Below the pieces are notes generated by a model. That model had not been told where the DNA came from, did no database searches, and saw nothing but the letters and a program-made list of their open reading frames with translations. The translations under genes were made by a program, and so were the position numbers. 64,000 nt of DNA from Bacteroidales bacterium (GTDB lineage Bacteria > Bacteroidota > Bacteroidia > Bacteroidales > WCHB1-69). Positions within the stretch are counted from its first letter, which is position 1. Every line of letters starts with the position of its first letter. This document shows, piece after piece, positions 1-12,500 of the stretch. The DNA lies in the NCBI GenBank assembly GCA_045132055.1, contig JBGURP010000012.1, forward strand, positions 87,366 through 151,365. The letters run 5' to 3'.

Positions 1-780
1 GTAATCATCAAAAACAACTACGACGAGATGTCCCAATGGGCTGCGCAACACATCGTGGAGCGCATCAACGCCTTCAAGCCTACTAATGAAAAACCTTTTA
101 TTTTGGGTCTGCCCACCGGCTCCACACCCATCGGCACCTACAAGGAATTGATCCGGATGCATAAAGAAGGCAAAATTTCCTTCGCCAATGTGGTAACTTT
201 CAATATGGATGAATATGTGAAGATTCCGGAGGGTCATCCTGAGAGCTATCATTCTTTCATGTGGAACAACTTTTTCAATCATATTGACATCAAAAAAGAG
301 AACGTCAACATTTTGAATGGTAACGCCGAAGATTTGGAAGCCGAATGCCAGCGTTACGAGGACAAAATCAAGTCATACGGCGGCATTGACCTGTTCATGG
401 GCGGCATTGGCCCTGACGGGCACATTGCGTTCAACGAGCCCGGCTCCTCGCTCACGTCGCGCACGCGTGTGAAGACGCTGACAATGGACACCGTGATTGC
501 CAACTCCCGTTTCTTCGACAACGACATCAACCAAGTGCCCAAGACGGCCCTGACCGTGGGTGTGGGCACCGTGATGGATGCTCGCGAGGTGATGATCTTG
601 GCCAATGGCCATGGGAAGGCCCGCGCGCTGGCCGCCGCCATTGAAGGCTCTGTCAGCCAAATGTGCACCGTCTCCGTGCTGCAACTCCACCCCAAGGGCA
701 TCATCGTCTGCGATGACGCCGCCTGCGACGAGCTCACCTACGGCACGGTGAAGTATTTCAAGGACATCGAGGGTAGGTAA
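1..780 (+). CDS. nagB: glucosamine-6-phosphate deaminase (5' end probably just outside the window)
   Basis: [16 protein letters not shown] and [17 protein letters not shown] motifs; the frame is open from base 1 ([10 protein letters not shown]...). Confidence 0.96.
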   Translation, partial: VIIKNNYDEMSQWAAQHIVERINAFKPTNEKPFILGLPTGSTPIGTYKELIRMHKEGKISFANVVTFNMDEYVKIPEGHPESYHSFMWNNFFNHIDIKKENVNILNGNAEDLEAECQRYEDKIKSYGGIDLFMGGIGPDGHIAFNEPGSSLTSRTRVKTLTMDTVIANSRFFDNDINQVPKTALTVGVGTVMDAREVMILANGHGKARALAAAIEGSVSQMCTVSVLQLHPKGIIVCDDAACDELTYGTVKYFKDIEGR

Positions 781-815
781 CAGGGGACAGTAGTCAGTGG
801 ACAGTAATCAGTGAA
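781..815. repeat. degenerate 7-bp tandem repeat, 5 units (CAGtrrw-like)
   Basis: cagggga cagtagt cagtgga cagtaat cagtgaa immediately after the nagB stop. Confidence 0.7.
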
Positions 816-842
816 TAGAGAATTGATAAAAATTGCTTTTAT

Positions 843-2096
843 ATGAATATTTCAGTTGCCGGTACCGGTTATGTAGGACTTAGCATCGCCACTCTTTTGG
901 CCCAGCACAATCACGTCACCGCCGTGGATATCGTCCCCGAGCGCGTGGAGATGGTGAACCATAAAAAGTCCCCTATCCAGGATGACTACATCGAGGATTA
1001 TCTGGCCCACAAGCCGCTGGACCTCACAGCCACCTTGGACGCCGAGGAAGGCTACAAGCAGGCGGACTTCGTGGTCATCGCCGCCCCGACCAACTACGAC
1101 AGCCAGAAGAACTTCTTCGACACCTCAGCGGTAGAGGATGTCATTCGTATCGTGCTCCGCGTGAACCCGACGGCAGTGATGGTCATCAAGAGCACCATCC
1201 CGGTGGGCTACACTGAGCAAGTACGCGAGAAGTTCAAAGGCGCGGACGGAAAGCTGCCGAACATCATCTTTGCACCCGAATTTCTGCGCGAGAGCAAGGC
1301 TCTGTACGACAATCTCTATCCTTCCCGCATCATCGTGGGCTTCGACCGCACCAATCCATTGCTGGAAGGGAAAGCGCACGAGTTTGCCGCTCTCATCAAG
1401 CAAGGGGCGCTGAAAGAGGATGTGCCCGTGCTGTTCATGGGTAGCACCGAAGCCGAGGCTGTGAAGCTCTTCGCCAACACCTATCTGGCACTGCGCGTTT
1501 CCTACTTCAACGAGCTGGACACGTATGCAGAGATCAAAGGGTTGAACACCCAACAGATCATTGAGGGCGTGTGCCTGGACCCGCGCATCGGCACGCATTA
1601 CAACAACCCGAGTTTTGGCTACGGCGGCTATTGCCTGCCCAAAGACACGAAACAGCTGCTCGCCAACTATGCCGACGTGCCGCAGAACATGATGAGCGCC
1701 ATCGTGGAGAGCAACCGTACCCGCAAGGACTTCATCGCCGACCGCGTGCTTAACATGGCCGGCTACTACGACTACTACAACCGCGGCGACTTCAACCCCA
1801 ATGAGGAGCGGCAGTGCGTCATCGGAGTCTATCGCCTGACGATGAAGAGCAACTCCGACAATTTCCGCCAATCCTCCATCCAAGGCGTGATGAAGCGCGT
1901 GAAGGCCAAGGGCGCCACTGTCATCATCTATGAACCTACTTTACAGGACGGTACCACATTCTTCGGAAGCCAAGTGGTAAACGACCTAGAGAAGTTCAAA
2001 AAACAGGCACAGGCCATCATTGCCAACCGCTACGATGCCTGCTTGGACGATGTGGCCGACAAGGTCTATACCCGTGACATTTTCAAAAGAGACTGA
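843..2096 (+). CDS. ugd: UDP-glucose 6-dehydrogenase
   Basis: GTGYVG Rossmann motif, [24 protein letters not shown] with catalytic Cys, C-terminal KVYTRD. Confidence 0.95.
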   Translation: MNISVAGTGYVGLSIATLLAQHNHVTAVDIVPERVEMVNHKKSPIQDDYIEDYLAHKPLDLTATLDAEEGYKQADFVVIAAPTNYDSQKNFFDTSAVEDVIRIVLRVNPTAVMVIKSTIPVGYTEQVREKFKGADGKLPNIIFAPEFLRESKALYDNLYPSRIIVGFDRTNPLLEGKAHEFAALIKQGALKEDVPVLFMGSTEAEAVKLFANTYLALRVSYFNELDTYAEIKGLNTQQIIEGVCLDPRIGTHYNNPSFGYGGYCLPKDTKQLLANYADVPQNMMSAIVESNRTRKDFIADRVLNMAGYYDYYNRGDFNPNEERQCVIGVYRLTMKSNSDNFRQSSIQGVMKRVKAKGATVIIYEPTLQDGTTFFGSQVVNDLEKFKKQAQAIIANRYDACLDDVADKVYTRDIFKRD

Positions 2097-2133
2097 TTTT
2101 TGACACAAGCCAAGCGCGTGTGGATGCGATATT

Positions 2134-4086
2134 GTGATGATTAACAATAAGATGAAAAAACTTGTAGCGCCGTTCATATTACTGCTTTTCTTGATGATGA
2201 ACACCTCTGTTGTCGCCCAAGACACTACCCTGTCGCCCATCAAGTTCGGCCTGTACGAGGCCAACTCGGATTCGGCGCGTTATGAGGTACTTTACCAAAC
2301 CCACGTGACGGCCCTCAAAGCCGGCGTGACAGTGGATTACAGCGGCATTGACACCCTCACCATCGAGGTAACCAAGTCGTCGAATCGCATACCACTGGGC
2401 AAAACCACCGACTTCAAGGGATTACGACTGCGCGTCAAGAACCGCAGCAAGCTTTGTTATCTTTTTGAGCTGCAACAGGAAGCCAAAGCCATCACCATCG
2501 ACAAGAGTTTGCTGGATGGCAATGACTTTTCGTCGGTGCCTGAACTGGCCGATGGGCTGTATCAGCTGGCCATTGAGGATGAAACTCCCTGGGTGGAGAA
2601 GCGCGAGGGTTACAGCTATCCGGCCACGCGCTGTGACATTCTGCTTATCTGCGACGGACAGAGCCGCAACAACCCCATCTCCCCGTACAACAACGAGCAA
2701 TCCAGTCCGAAGTGCACTTTTTGCAGCATTGACGATGATGAACCGCCCATCCTTATCCAAAACCTGACCATACAACGCGACGAAGCCAACACCTACAAGG
2801 TGATGCCTTTCCTCATCAGCCATCAGCACAACCTGCAAATCAAGAACATAACCCTCCACACGCCCGAAAGCAAATTGACCGCAGATGCTGCCTTCGATAT
2901 CCGCAACTGCACCAACGTGTCCTTCGAGAATGTCAGCATCTTCGGAACCTACTCCCGAAAAGATTACTACGGCTATGGCATCGTGATGAACAATGTGTGG
3001 AACAGCCGCTTTGTACGTCTCAAGGCTGTGGCCAACTGGGGTATCTTCGGCACCAACAACATCAACACCGCCGAGCTGCAGGATTGCGACATCAACCGCT
3101 TTGACATCCACTGCTATGGCCGCGATGTGACTATGAAAAACTGCAGGTTCAACAATTTGTACAACCAGTTCTCCTCCATGTTCGGCACGCTGACCTACAA
3201 AAAATGCCGTTTCATCAATTTCGTGCCGGTGCTGCTGGAACCATCCTACAACGCGTACACCAATTTCAACATTTACATGGAGGACTGCGTATTTGACGCT
3301 ACCAACAGCCGCTACTTCCTGATTTCTGCCGGCAACCTGAACGCCAAGACGAACTCACGCCCGGAGCTGGCACAAAAATATTGGCCCAAAATCACCATCA
3401 AAAACCTGACGGTAAACGTCCCTGAAGATGTCAGCAAGGTGGTCATCTTCTACCCTAAGGACAAACAGGAATCTGGCAACTCGCTCCGAATCGGCGGCTT
3501 CGACATCAACGGGATAAAATTCAACTATGCCGGGCAGAACAACACAGCCAGCCTCTATCTTAGCAGCCGCTATGTGAAACTTGACAAGGCATACTCCTGC
3601 AAGCTGAAGAATCTTGATATGATTCCGGTGACCGATGCCAAGATTGCCCAGGCTACAGACAAATACAATTATCCGAACAGCCTCTACATCAACCTCCGGC
3701 ACTCCGCCAAAGATGTGATTGAGGTCACCAAGTCGCGGCTGAACTATAACGTCAACACCAACAAAGCGTACAATATCACGTTTGACCGCTGCACCATTGG
3801 AATGGTACGTTACTCTTCGGATATCAACACAACCATACGCACCTACAAAAACTGCAACATCTATCTCAACTGCGGGGATGACATATTCTACTACATCGAC
3901 AACCATGCCGTGTATGACGGTTCTCTCTTCATCCCCTGCGACCCCAAAAGACAGGTAGGTTTCACCGGAACCAACAATGATGTGGTTTTCAAAAATTGTC
4001 GCGTACAAAACCGCTCCGGCCTTCTGTTCAAAGGCTCGTTAGACAATCGCGAGTTCAAAAATTTTCGCTTGAATGGAAAGAGATAG
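2134..4086 (+). CDS. secreted right-handed beta-helix (pectin-lyase-like) protein
   Basis: Signal-peptide-like N-terminus (MKKLVAPFILLL...VAQ); repeated I/F-x-N-C/V strands (FDIRNCTNVSFENVSI, VTMKNCRF, ITFDRCTI); start codon uncertain. Confidence 0.6.
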   Translation: MMINNKMKKLVAPFILLLFLMMNTSVVAQDTTLSPIKFGLYEANSDSARYEVLYQTHVTALKAGVTVDYSGIDTLTIEVTKSSNRIPLGKTTDFKGLRLRVKNRSKLCYLFELQQEAKAITIDKSLLDGNDFSSVPELADGLYQLAIEDETPWVEKREGYSYPATRCDILLICDGQSRNNPISPYNNEQSSPKCTFCSIDDDEPPILIQNLTIQRDEANTYKVMPFLISHQHNLQIKNITLHTPESKLTADAAFDIRNCTNVSFENVSIFGTYSRKDYYGYGIVMNNVWNSRFVRLKAVANWGIFGTNNINTAELQDCDINRFDIHCYGRDVTMKNCRFNNLYNQFSSMFGTLTYKKCRFINFVPVLLEPSYNAYTNFNIYMEDCVFDATNSRYFLISAGNLNAKTNSRPELAQKYWPKITIKNLTVNVPEDVSKVVIFYPKDKQESGNSLRIGGFDINGIKFNYAGQNNTASLYLSSRYVKLDKAYSCKLKNLDMIPVTDAKIAQATDKYNYPNSLYINLRHSAKDVIEVTKSRLNYNVNTNKAYNITFDRCTIGMVRYSSDINTTIRTYKNCNIYLNCGDDIFYYIDNHAVYDGSLFIPCDPKRQVGFTGTNNDVVFKNCRVQNRSGLLFKGSLDNREFKNFRLNGKR

Positions 4087-4095
4087 TGTTATGTT

Positions 4096-4662
4096 TTATC
4101 TGTTTTCCAGATTGAACCGACCTTTGCGCAAACCACGCATACCATAGTAGTACTTTTCAATCTCAGCCAAATCCTGCTCATAATTTCCAGTGGGATAGAA
4201 AATCTTACCCACACCGGTGGTCCGGCTCTTGAAGTCGATATGGCTCAGACAAATGGGCACGCCAGCCTTTTCCGCAATCTGATAGAAACCGCGTTTCCAA
4301 TGTTCCACGTATTTACGGGATCCCTCCGGGCATAGGATGAAGGCTATCTCCTCCCGTCCTTTGATCAGATCGACGGCGAAATCGGTAAAATGAAGGGCAT
4401 GTTTGCGGTCCACCGGCACGCATCCTATTTTGGTCAGAAAACCTTTAAAGGGGAAAATGAACATCTCTTTCTTTACCACCATAGCCATCTTCAATCCCAA
4501 ATGCCGAATGCAGAGGAGACCCACCAAAAAATCATAAGCGGCCGTGTGCGGTGCCATAATGATGACACATTTTTTCAATTCAGGATTGTTCTGAAAATCC
4601 TCAGGGGTGAAACCTGTCACCTTAAAACGGCATAACTTGAGCAAAAAAGAGTATTTCGACAT
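4096..4662 (-). CDS. PlsC-family 1-acyl-sn-glycerol-3-phosphate acyltransferase
   Basis: APHTAAYD (HX4D), PVDR, PEGSR and WKRGFYQIA motifs; start taken at MSKYSF. Confidence 0.85.
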   Translation of the reverse strand: MSKYSFLLKLCRFKVTGFTPEDFQNNPELKKCVIIMAPHTAAYDFLVGLLCIRHLGLKMAMVVKKEMFIFPFKGFLTKIGCVPVDRKHALHFTDFAVDLIKGREEIAFILCPEGSRKYVEHWKRGFYQIAEKAGVPICLSHIDFKSRTTGVGKIFYPTGNYEQDLAEIEKYYYGMRGLRKGRFNLENR

Positions 4663-4667
4663 AATGC

Positions 4668-5570
4668 TTAATTTTCTATGATGATTTGTTGATTTCGAAT
4701 TGAACAGTGCATCGGACAACCCATTCTAATGGCTTTATTCATCGCTTCATGTCCGGCAGGGAAGTTAAAGATAACCGGGAAATTGTACTTCTGGCAGTGC
4801 TCTGCCACAATCTCCTCTGCATTTTTGCCGTAGGGTATCGTGTTGTCGTGCATATCGCTCAAGTATCCCACAACCAAGCCTGCCAAATTGCGCAGCTTCC
4901 CGCTGCGATCCAGATTGGTCATCATGCGATCGATGTGATACAGATACTCGTCCAGATCTTCAATAAACAGCACTTTGCCGTCCGTATCCAATTCGGATGG
5001 GGAGCCCATGAGCGAATAGAGGATGGAAAGATTGCCTCCTACCACAGGCGCGGAGAACTTGCCAATGCGGCTGAGGGGATGCGATTGAATGTCGTAACGC
5101 AGTTGATGACCCGTCAAGGCATCTAACAGTGTCTGGTTGGCCTCGTGGCCAAATTCGCCGTCATGCACATTGATGGGCATGGTGCCGTGCAACGTGGCAA
5201 TGCCATACCGCTGATGCACATGTGCGTGGAAGACCGTAACATCGCTATACCCCACCAGCCATTTTGGATTGCGGCAGAATGCGGAGAAGTTGAGTTGGTC
5301 GATAATACGGGCAGAACCATAACCGCCGCGTGCGAACCAAATGGCCTCGATGTCGGGGTCGTCGAGCAACTCCTGGATATAACCCGCCCTAACGGCCTCA
5401 TCGCCGGCAAACTGGTGGCACTGGGCAAAGAGCCTGTCGTCATAATAAACCTTGAAGCCTGCCTCTCGGAGAAAGCGCACCGCAGGCTGGACCTCCTGTT
5501 CGGAGACCTTGCGCGCCGGAGCCGCAATGGCTATGGTATCGCCAGCTTTGAGGTAGGGAGGAATAATCAT
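4668..5570 (-). CDS. LD-carboxypeptidase (peptidase S66)
   Basis: ARGGYG, GYSD nucleophile, GGNLS, LFIED, FPAGH. Confidence 0.92.
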   Translation of the reverse strand: MIIPPYLKAGDTIAIAAPARKVSEQEVQPAVRFLREAGFKVYYDDRLFAQCHQFAGDEAVRAGYIQELLDDPDIEAIWFARGGYGSARIIDQLNFSAFCRNPKWLVGYSDVTVFHAHVHQRYGIATLHGTMPINVHDGEFGHEANQTLLDALTGHQLRYDIQSHPLSRIGKFSAPVVGGNLSILYSLMGSPSELDTDGKVLFIEDLDEYLYHIDRMMTNLDRSGKLRNLAGLVVGYLSDMHDNTIPYGKNAEEIVAEHCQKYNFPVIFNFPAGHEAMNKAIRMGCPMHCSIRNQQIIIEN

Positions 5571-6421
5571 AATGTAATACCGTTACGCTCCAAGGCTTGG
5601 CGGGTGATGTTACGCAATAACTCCCGCTCTTTGATATTGTTGTAGAAACGCTTATTATGCGCTTTCACTTTTTTCTTCTTGAAATAACATCCTGTCACAC
5701 CCTCAAATTCGGGATTCAGGGCCGCGGCCAGCATGGTGGCGGCACCCTCCTCAGGCGTGTTGATGACCGGACGGAAAAACCAATCACAAAGCTTGTCCAC
5801 CACAATATTGCCCTGGCAGATGATGCCCGTGCTCACAATATCTGGATCGGCCACATTGATGCAGATACCCTTTTTCTTCCATTCATCCGCAACATCCAGC
5901 ATGAAGTAGTACAACGCCCGTTTGGAGTTGCCATACGTAGTAAAACGGTTGAATTTCTTGTCATTGGTTTCGGAAAGAAAATCTTCCCGTATTTTTCCCA
6001 TAGCGTATGCGATGGAAATCATGCTTACAATACGCGTCCCCTGCCCCATGATGGGCAGCAAGGCGTTAGTCAGGGTGTAATGTCCCAAATAGTTGACAGC
6101 GGCAGTATATTCCACACCATTGACGCTGTTTTTGGCGCGATGGCAAAGCACACCAGCATTGTTCAGCAATATTTGCAAGGAGGGGAAACGCTGCTTGACC
6201 TCATCGGCAAAACGAATCACGTCCTGCAGATTGCCAAGATCCACTTGCATCAAATGGATGGTCGCGCCCGTTTCCTTTTGAATTGACTCGTACACAGGTC
6301 TTGCAACTTCTTCATCATAACAGGCCATAATGACCTCATAACCGGCTTTTGCCAGCGTCCGTGTGTGGATGGTGCCCATGCCTCCGTCTGCACCAGTTAC
6401 CAATGCAATTTTTCTTTCCAT
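5567..6421 (-). CDS. short-chain dehydrogenase/reductase (retinol-dehydrogenase-like)
   Basis: TGADGGMG, NNAG, VNYLGHY, YGNSK (YxxxK). Confidence 0.9.
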   Translation of the reverse strand: MERKIALVTGADGGMGTIHTRTLAKAGYEVIMACYDEEVARPVYESIQKETGATIHLMQVDLGNLQDVIRFADEVKQRFPSLQILLNNAGVLCHRAKNSVNGVEYTAAVNYLGHYTLTNALLPIMGQGTRIVSMISIAYAMGKIREDFLSETNDKKFNRFTTYGNSKRALYYFMLDVADEWKKKGICINVADPDIVSTGIICQGNIVVDKLCDWFFRPVINTPEEGAATMLAAALNPEFEGVTGCYFKKKKVKAHNKRFYNNIKERELLRNITRQALERNGITL

Positions 6422-6475
6422 AAAGTCCGTGTATCTATACTGTCAGGATAACTGCCATTCTTAGTTTTGAAGTTG

Positions 6476-6483
6476 CAAAAATA
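6476..6483 (-). promoter_or_regulatory. Bacteroidetes -7 promoter box for the SDR/LD-carboxypeptidase/acyltransferase operon
   Basis: TATTTTTG (TAnnTTTG) followed by CAAC on the minus strand. Confidence 0.65.
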
Positions 6484-6508
6484 ATAAAATTAGCCGAGCC
6501 TCTACGAT

Positions 6509-6538
6509 AAAAAAGAGGCTGATCATTGGATCAGCCTC
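6509..6538 (-). terminator. intrinsic terminator after the large T9SS gene
   Basis: GAGGCTGATC/GATCAGCCTC stem, 4-nt loop, T6 on the minus strand. Confidence 0.8.
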
Positions 6539-6561
6539 ATAAATTCATACTGCTTGAAAAG

Positions 6562-9500
6562 CTATTTCTTGATGATGCACTTGGTTACCGTGCCCATTTC
6601 TGTGCTGATGCGCGTGAAATACACACCTGAAGCATTTTCTGACAAATCAAGGTCAACACTGTTGTCTTCCACCTTGACGGTCTTGATCAATTTGCCATAT
6701 ACATCATAAACCTCCACATCCTCAATTCTAAACTCTGTATTCTCAATTCTGAATTCACCAGTGGTGGGGTTAGGATAGAGTGTGGTGCTGTTCAGCAGGT
6801 AATTATTGATACCGGTCGGAATGAACGTGACATGGTTGGATTGATCGCTTATCTGATCTCCGCAGTTAGCCACCACAAAGGCCTCATACTCCACATTATT
6901 CATTAAGTTTTCAAGGAAATATGGGTTCGATGTAGCGGTTTGGGTTAACCAAGCGCTGGAAGAAGTCTGTCTGTAATGGACAGTCCAATCGTCAGGTGTG
7001 CCTTCTTGATCCCAAACCAATTGAATTCCAGCGCCATTCAAAAGGGTAACGGCATTCAGATTGGTCGGCGCATAGCAAGGAACTTCCAGGCTCTCGCAGC
7101 TCACTTGAATGATGAAACCACTATACTGGATACTTTCATCAGATTCGAAGTGGAGTGTAAGCGGACCCGTAGTGGATGTCACATTAATGGTGGTGTCCTC
7201 ATCGCTGTCAAAGAGCACTGTACCACTAATGTCGCCGCCGTCATAAATGGTAAGCTTGTCATATCCCTCCTCTATCCTAAATGTACCTGTCATGTGAACC
7301 AACATACCATCCACATCAGGATTGACAACTACCGTCACGTCGCAATCGGAATCGTATCCAGCATCAGGGCCACCGTTGTCATAGAGATAGCCGCCGCACA
7401 TGTTCAAACTATATTCGCCAGTTGTCGGCAAAATGTAAGATCCCGGGGATGCATGAACAGGTCCGATCCATGCGCTAAAGTCATTGTTACCGCAATTGGC
7501 ACGCAAATAGAAGTCGTAAGTGTTAGTGGAAAGATTATCGATAGTGTATGGGTTGGTGGTTACAGCAATCGTAGTGCCCGAACCCGGCGTGAAGCCCTCT
7601 ACACCATATTCAATCTCCCATGCATTGGCAGAGCCAATTTCCGTCCATGACAAGGTCACGGAAGAAGTGTTGCTTATTGCGGTCAGATCGCGCGGTTTCA
7701 AACATGACGGCATAAGATCAATCACCAAACTATCCATATATGCAAAAGCAGCGTAACTTGAGGCTTCATTCTTGAAAGCAATATAGCGTCCATTACCTTG
7801 GTAATTGTTCAAATACACATCCCGCTCAATCCATGATGATGCAGATAAGGAGGAAGGATAAACCGTATCCACTGGAACAAAGGTGTTGTCATCTTCCGGA
7901 TCGGACATCACACCGACAACAAGCTTGTCGTTGATAGAGGTTGCTGCATACATGAACGACACTTGCAAATTATTCATGACAATCGATGTGTCAAACTCGG
8001 GAGTGATAGCAATATTGCGAGTGCCCGGAGAACCGGCTAAGAAATACAAAGAACCCGGGGCACTATAATTAAAGGTGTTGATAATCGGCATATCCGTCGG
8101 GTGATTGTTAATCTTACTCCAACAAGGAGGATAAGCATTCTCACCTGTGCCGTATAGATCGAAATTCTCCTGGAACGGAAGTATGCTAATCACATCGCAT
8201 TCGGTCATGAAATCCACAACCTTGTCGGTGCTGTAGGAATTACCACAGTTGGAACGCATTCTCACCGTATAGAGAGTACTAGGTTGCAAGTTGGTAAGAT
8301 GTGCTATGAAGTTGGACAAATTGGTAACAGGTGTCCACGTGTTATCTGACACTTTCTTGTATTCCATTTCCCAAGAGGTTTCCGTTCCACCGTTCGTCCA
8401 TACAATGTCGGCAGAGTGAGTGCTGATGTTGCTCACAAAGAAGTTTGGTGGAATACAGGTGACCTGGCTGTTGCATTCGCCGCCGAAGATCACATCGTTA
8501 CAATACTTCGAGGGACCTCCGGTGGTAGTTGAAGGCGTGTCGATGATAGCGTAAGGATTATAATCTGAAAAAGTGCAACGGGAAGCACCCATTCCAGAAG
8601 GAGATTCATGTACATACCATGTATTGCCGTTGTGATAGCTTCCTGTTTCATCAATAACAATAACCGCCAAGTTTTGAACGCCATTATACACGAATGGGGT
8701 GTGGAAAACAAAAGTATTCCATCCATGTTCCAAGGTGGGCACACCGGAGTACACTAACGTTGCATTGGTTGCAGGCAACCAATTGGTAGGTGCACTTTCG
8801 GCTGTATGCATCAAATAGATGGATAAAGTTCGGTTCTGTACCCAATTGGCCATGTTAAATGAAATTGAGTTCAACGTGTTTGCACCACCCATCTCATTGG
8901 CGGTAAACACTTGCTGCGAGTAACAATAGTTGTAGTAACTATAAGAAGGAAGATCGGAACTGGTTTCTGCTCCGTTACCAATAGCTATTTCACCGCCAGC
9001 CAAACAAGTTGTGCTAAACGTCTGTGAAACTACAGTACTGGAACTGCTGTCACAATTGGTAATCACCTTCACTTCATAGCTTGTGTTGGGATTCAAGTTG
9101 TTAAGCATATACATAGTACCTGTGATGTGGATGCTTGCTGTATCCCAATGGTTTTGTCCAGTCACGGAATATAGCAATGTGTAGTCGGTTACATTGCCGT
9201 GATGAGCAGGATCCCAAGAGATCAAAGCTGAAGTTCCAGCCACATTGGATACCGTCAGGTTGGAAACAGGCGAACAATCAGAAATATAAGACAACACCAC
9301 ATCGTCAATATAGCCATAGTTATAGTTACTGACAGGTTTCTTCACTTTCAGTGCTATGTACTTACCGTCTCCCGAGTAATCATCAAAACAAACATACTGG
9401 TTGGAATATACTGTTCTATTGGTCGAAACCGTCTGCACAGGAGTAAATGTGGTAAGGTCTTCAGGATTGGACATGACACCCACTTCCACTTGGAATGGAT

Positions 9501-12500
9501 AGTTACTTGAGCGTGCTGCCATGGACATGGATAACTGCAAGGTATTGATGGGCAATGCTGCGGTATCAATCTCCGGCAAGATAGCATATTGATCACCATA
9601 ATTGGAAGAGCTATGGGTATAGAATGCCAGACAGTTGACTCCAGAATTGGCTCCGGAGGCATACACTGTCGGGAACCCGACATAAGTGTTTCCGTTGTTG
9701 ATTCTGCTCCAGCAGTTGGGTGAAACATTGTCGGTCGAACTTGTGGTACCTGCATAACTATCAAAGTCCTCCATATAAGGCACTTGTTGCAAAATTCCAC
9801 AACCCGTACGGAAACTGCACTGCACCCATGAACTTTGTTCAGCTGTGTCACAATAAGCCTGTACGTGAACAGTATAAAGAGTGTTGGGGATAAGTCCGGT
9901 CAATGCCAAAGAATTCACATTGCAGTATAAAGGCGTGTCCACGGCAGGATCTACGGAGCCGTTAGGTCCGTACATGTATGCCCACTGTGTCTCTGTATTG
10001 CCAGCTGTCCATTTGATAGTGGCCGAGGTTGATGCAATGTCGGTTGCATAGATGTTGCTCACGTGAGGACAAGCGGAAAGTTCCTGGACATCCACATCGT
10101 CAATGTACATGGCGTTTGGATACCACTTCGGAATCCGGAATGCCAAATAATGACCATTGCCTTGATACAGATTGGTAATGACCTCACCCAATTCCCAATT
10201 ATTGATAACAGAAGGAGAAAACTCGCCAATCACCTCGAAGGTAGAAGGATCCATTGGATCTGTCATAATACCAATATCTATTCTGTGTGCATTGGCAGTT
10301 TTATATGCATTGAACTGCACCTGCAGATTGTTCATCTGCACTTGATTGTTGAATCGCGGAAGAATACCGTATGCGTAATTGCTAGCAGTAGGACAATTGA
10401 AAAACAGTGACTTGCTGCCAGAAGCGGCAAATGAACCGTTGACAACAGGCATTGGATAGGTCGTGTTACTCATGTTCATCCAGCAAGAAGGCAACTCGTT
10501 AATAACTTCATTTTCAAAATTCTCGAAATAAGGAAGGCTGACAGATGCACATGGCGTGTATGCTGTGGTATAGGACCATTCACTGCTTTCAGTGGCAGAG
10601 CAAACGGCACGCAAACGAATGTCATAGTGAACATCGGGAACCAAGTTCCTAATGGTGTATGGAGAAGCGGATACAGAATCGGCAGTGATCCAGATATTGC
10701 TATTCTCCTGTTTATACTGAAGTGTCCATGCACTTTCGCTGCCGTTGGAAACCCAAGCCACTGTGACACTTTGGTCATCGGTACCAGTAGTGTAAACCAT
10801 AGGTTCGGGACACGGCATGGGAGCCACTTGATTGCATAAGAACAATTCCATGTCACTGAGAACAAAGCCACGTGTACCGGTTGGCGGCTCTGCTGGATTA
10901 GGATTATTTTCGTCACTGAAGAAATACAAAGACTGGTATGAATTGTACGTGCGGCTTCGGAAAACAAAAGAGGACGTGTTATAGACACCAGAGTTGTCAT
11001 CCAGGATAACCACTAGATTGTCATTACCGTTGTATGTGAAATACGTGTCAAAATCAAAAACGTTCCAACCTTGCGTACAATTGAGGTTTCCCTCATATAC
11101 CAAGGTAGCCTCCGATATCGGAGTCCAGTCGGAAGTGGAGGCAAAAGTGGACGTGGTACGATGTGCCAGATAAATCTTCACACTGTTCTTGTTCGTAACA
11201 GGAGTACTATAGTCGTAGTAAAAACCAATACCCGTGATGACGATAGGCGTGCTGGTTTGAATCTGAGAGGCAGGAACAATTTGTTGGGTGTAGGAATAGT
11301 TATAGTAGGTGTTGATCGGGAGTTGGAAGGTTGTGGCAGCATCAAGAGAGTTGTCTGCAAGATTCATCGGCGTGGGATTGGGTTGTGCACAAGTGACGAA
11401 GCCAAGCGTATTTAAAATTGTACTAATCGTGTCAGAAGAGCCAGCGCCACAGTTGGAAACGAGCTTAATTTCATATTGAGTGTTAGGCGTCAGGCCTGTG
11501 AGCATGTACTGGCAGTCTGTAGTGGTGACCGTTCTAGGTGCCTGTCCTGCCGTTTCATATTTGATGGTGTAGCCAGTGGATCCATATTGAGCGGGAGTCC
11601 AGGAAAGTGCCGCCGCTGTACCTGTAATCGTCGATACAGTCAGATTGGACGGATTGGAACAAGTGGGAACATAATCCACTCGCACTTCATCCACATTTAC
11701 ATAGTTGATGATGCTAGCCACAGGAGCCGGAGCATAGAAAGCCAAAAAAATGCGTGATGGGTATGATTCCGGAAGGGTGATGTATTCATGCATCCATTCT
11801 CCAACAACAGGAAAATCGCTGGGATGGTAAGACTTAAGAGGCATGAAAGTACCCATATCGGTGGGATCAGTTATCAGACCCACATCCAATCTTCCGTAGC
11901 TTTCGCTGGTAATTCCGACAAGAAAATCAAGTGCCAGCGTGCCTGCAGGGTAAGCAGATAAATCCAAAGCCTGAGACACGGCCAAAGAATAGATATTCTC
12001 GTAAGAGTAAAGAATCAACTGACCATAGGAAGACACATAGGGATATTGATTGGTAGTACTATTGGTTCTTCGTCCCCAGCAGAAAGGATAGGTGTCTTCA
12101 CCACCTTCGCCATAATTATTGAAAGTTTCCACATACGGAATAGTTTGATGATCTGCACAATACGTGCGGAAAGAAAGCGTAACCCAGTTGCTGGATTCCG
12201 ATGCGGAACAAATAGTGCGGACATACACTTCATAATCGCTGTTGGGAATAAGATTCGTCAACGTGCATGTGCTATTTCTGACAATGATTGGCGTTCCGCT
12301 ATTGACATTATTACCGGCTGGCACACATACAACTTCCCATTGATTATCAGTAGAAGAATGAGGTTCCCAAGATACGATAGCAGAAGTAGGAGTGATATCG
12401 TAATCGTGGATTATCGTATGGTCCGGTGTATAGCAGGTAATCTGAGCACCGAAGCAGAATTGGATGTTGTTACGGGCATTGGCCAAAAAACCGGCCGATG

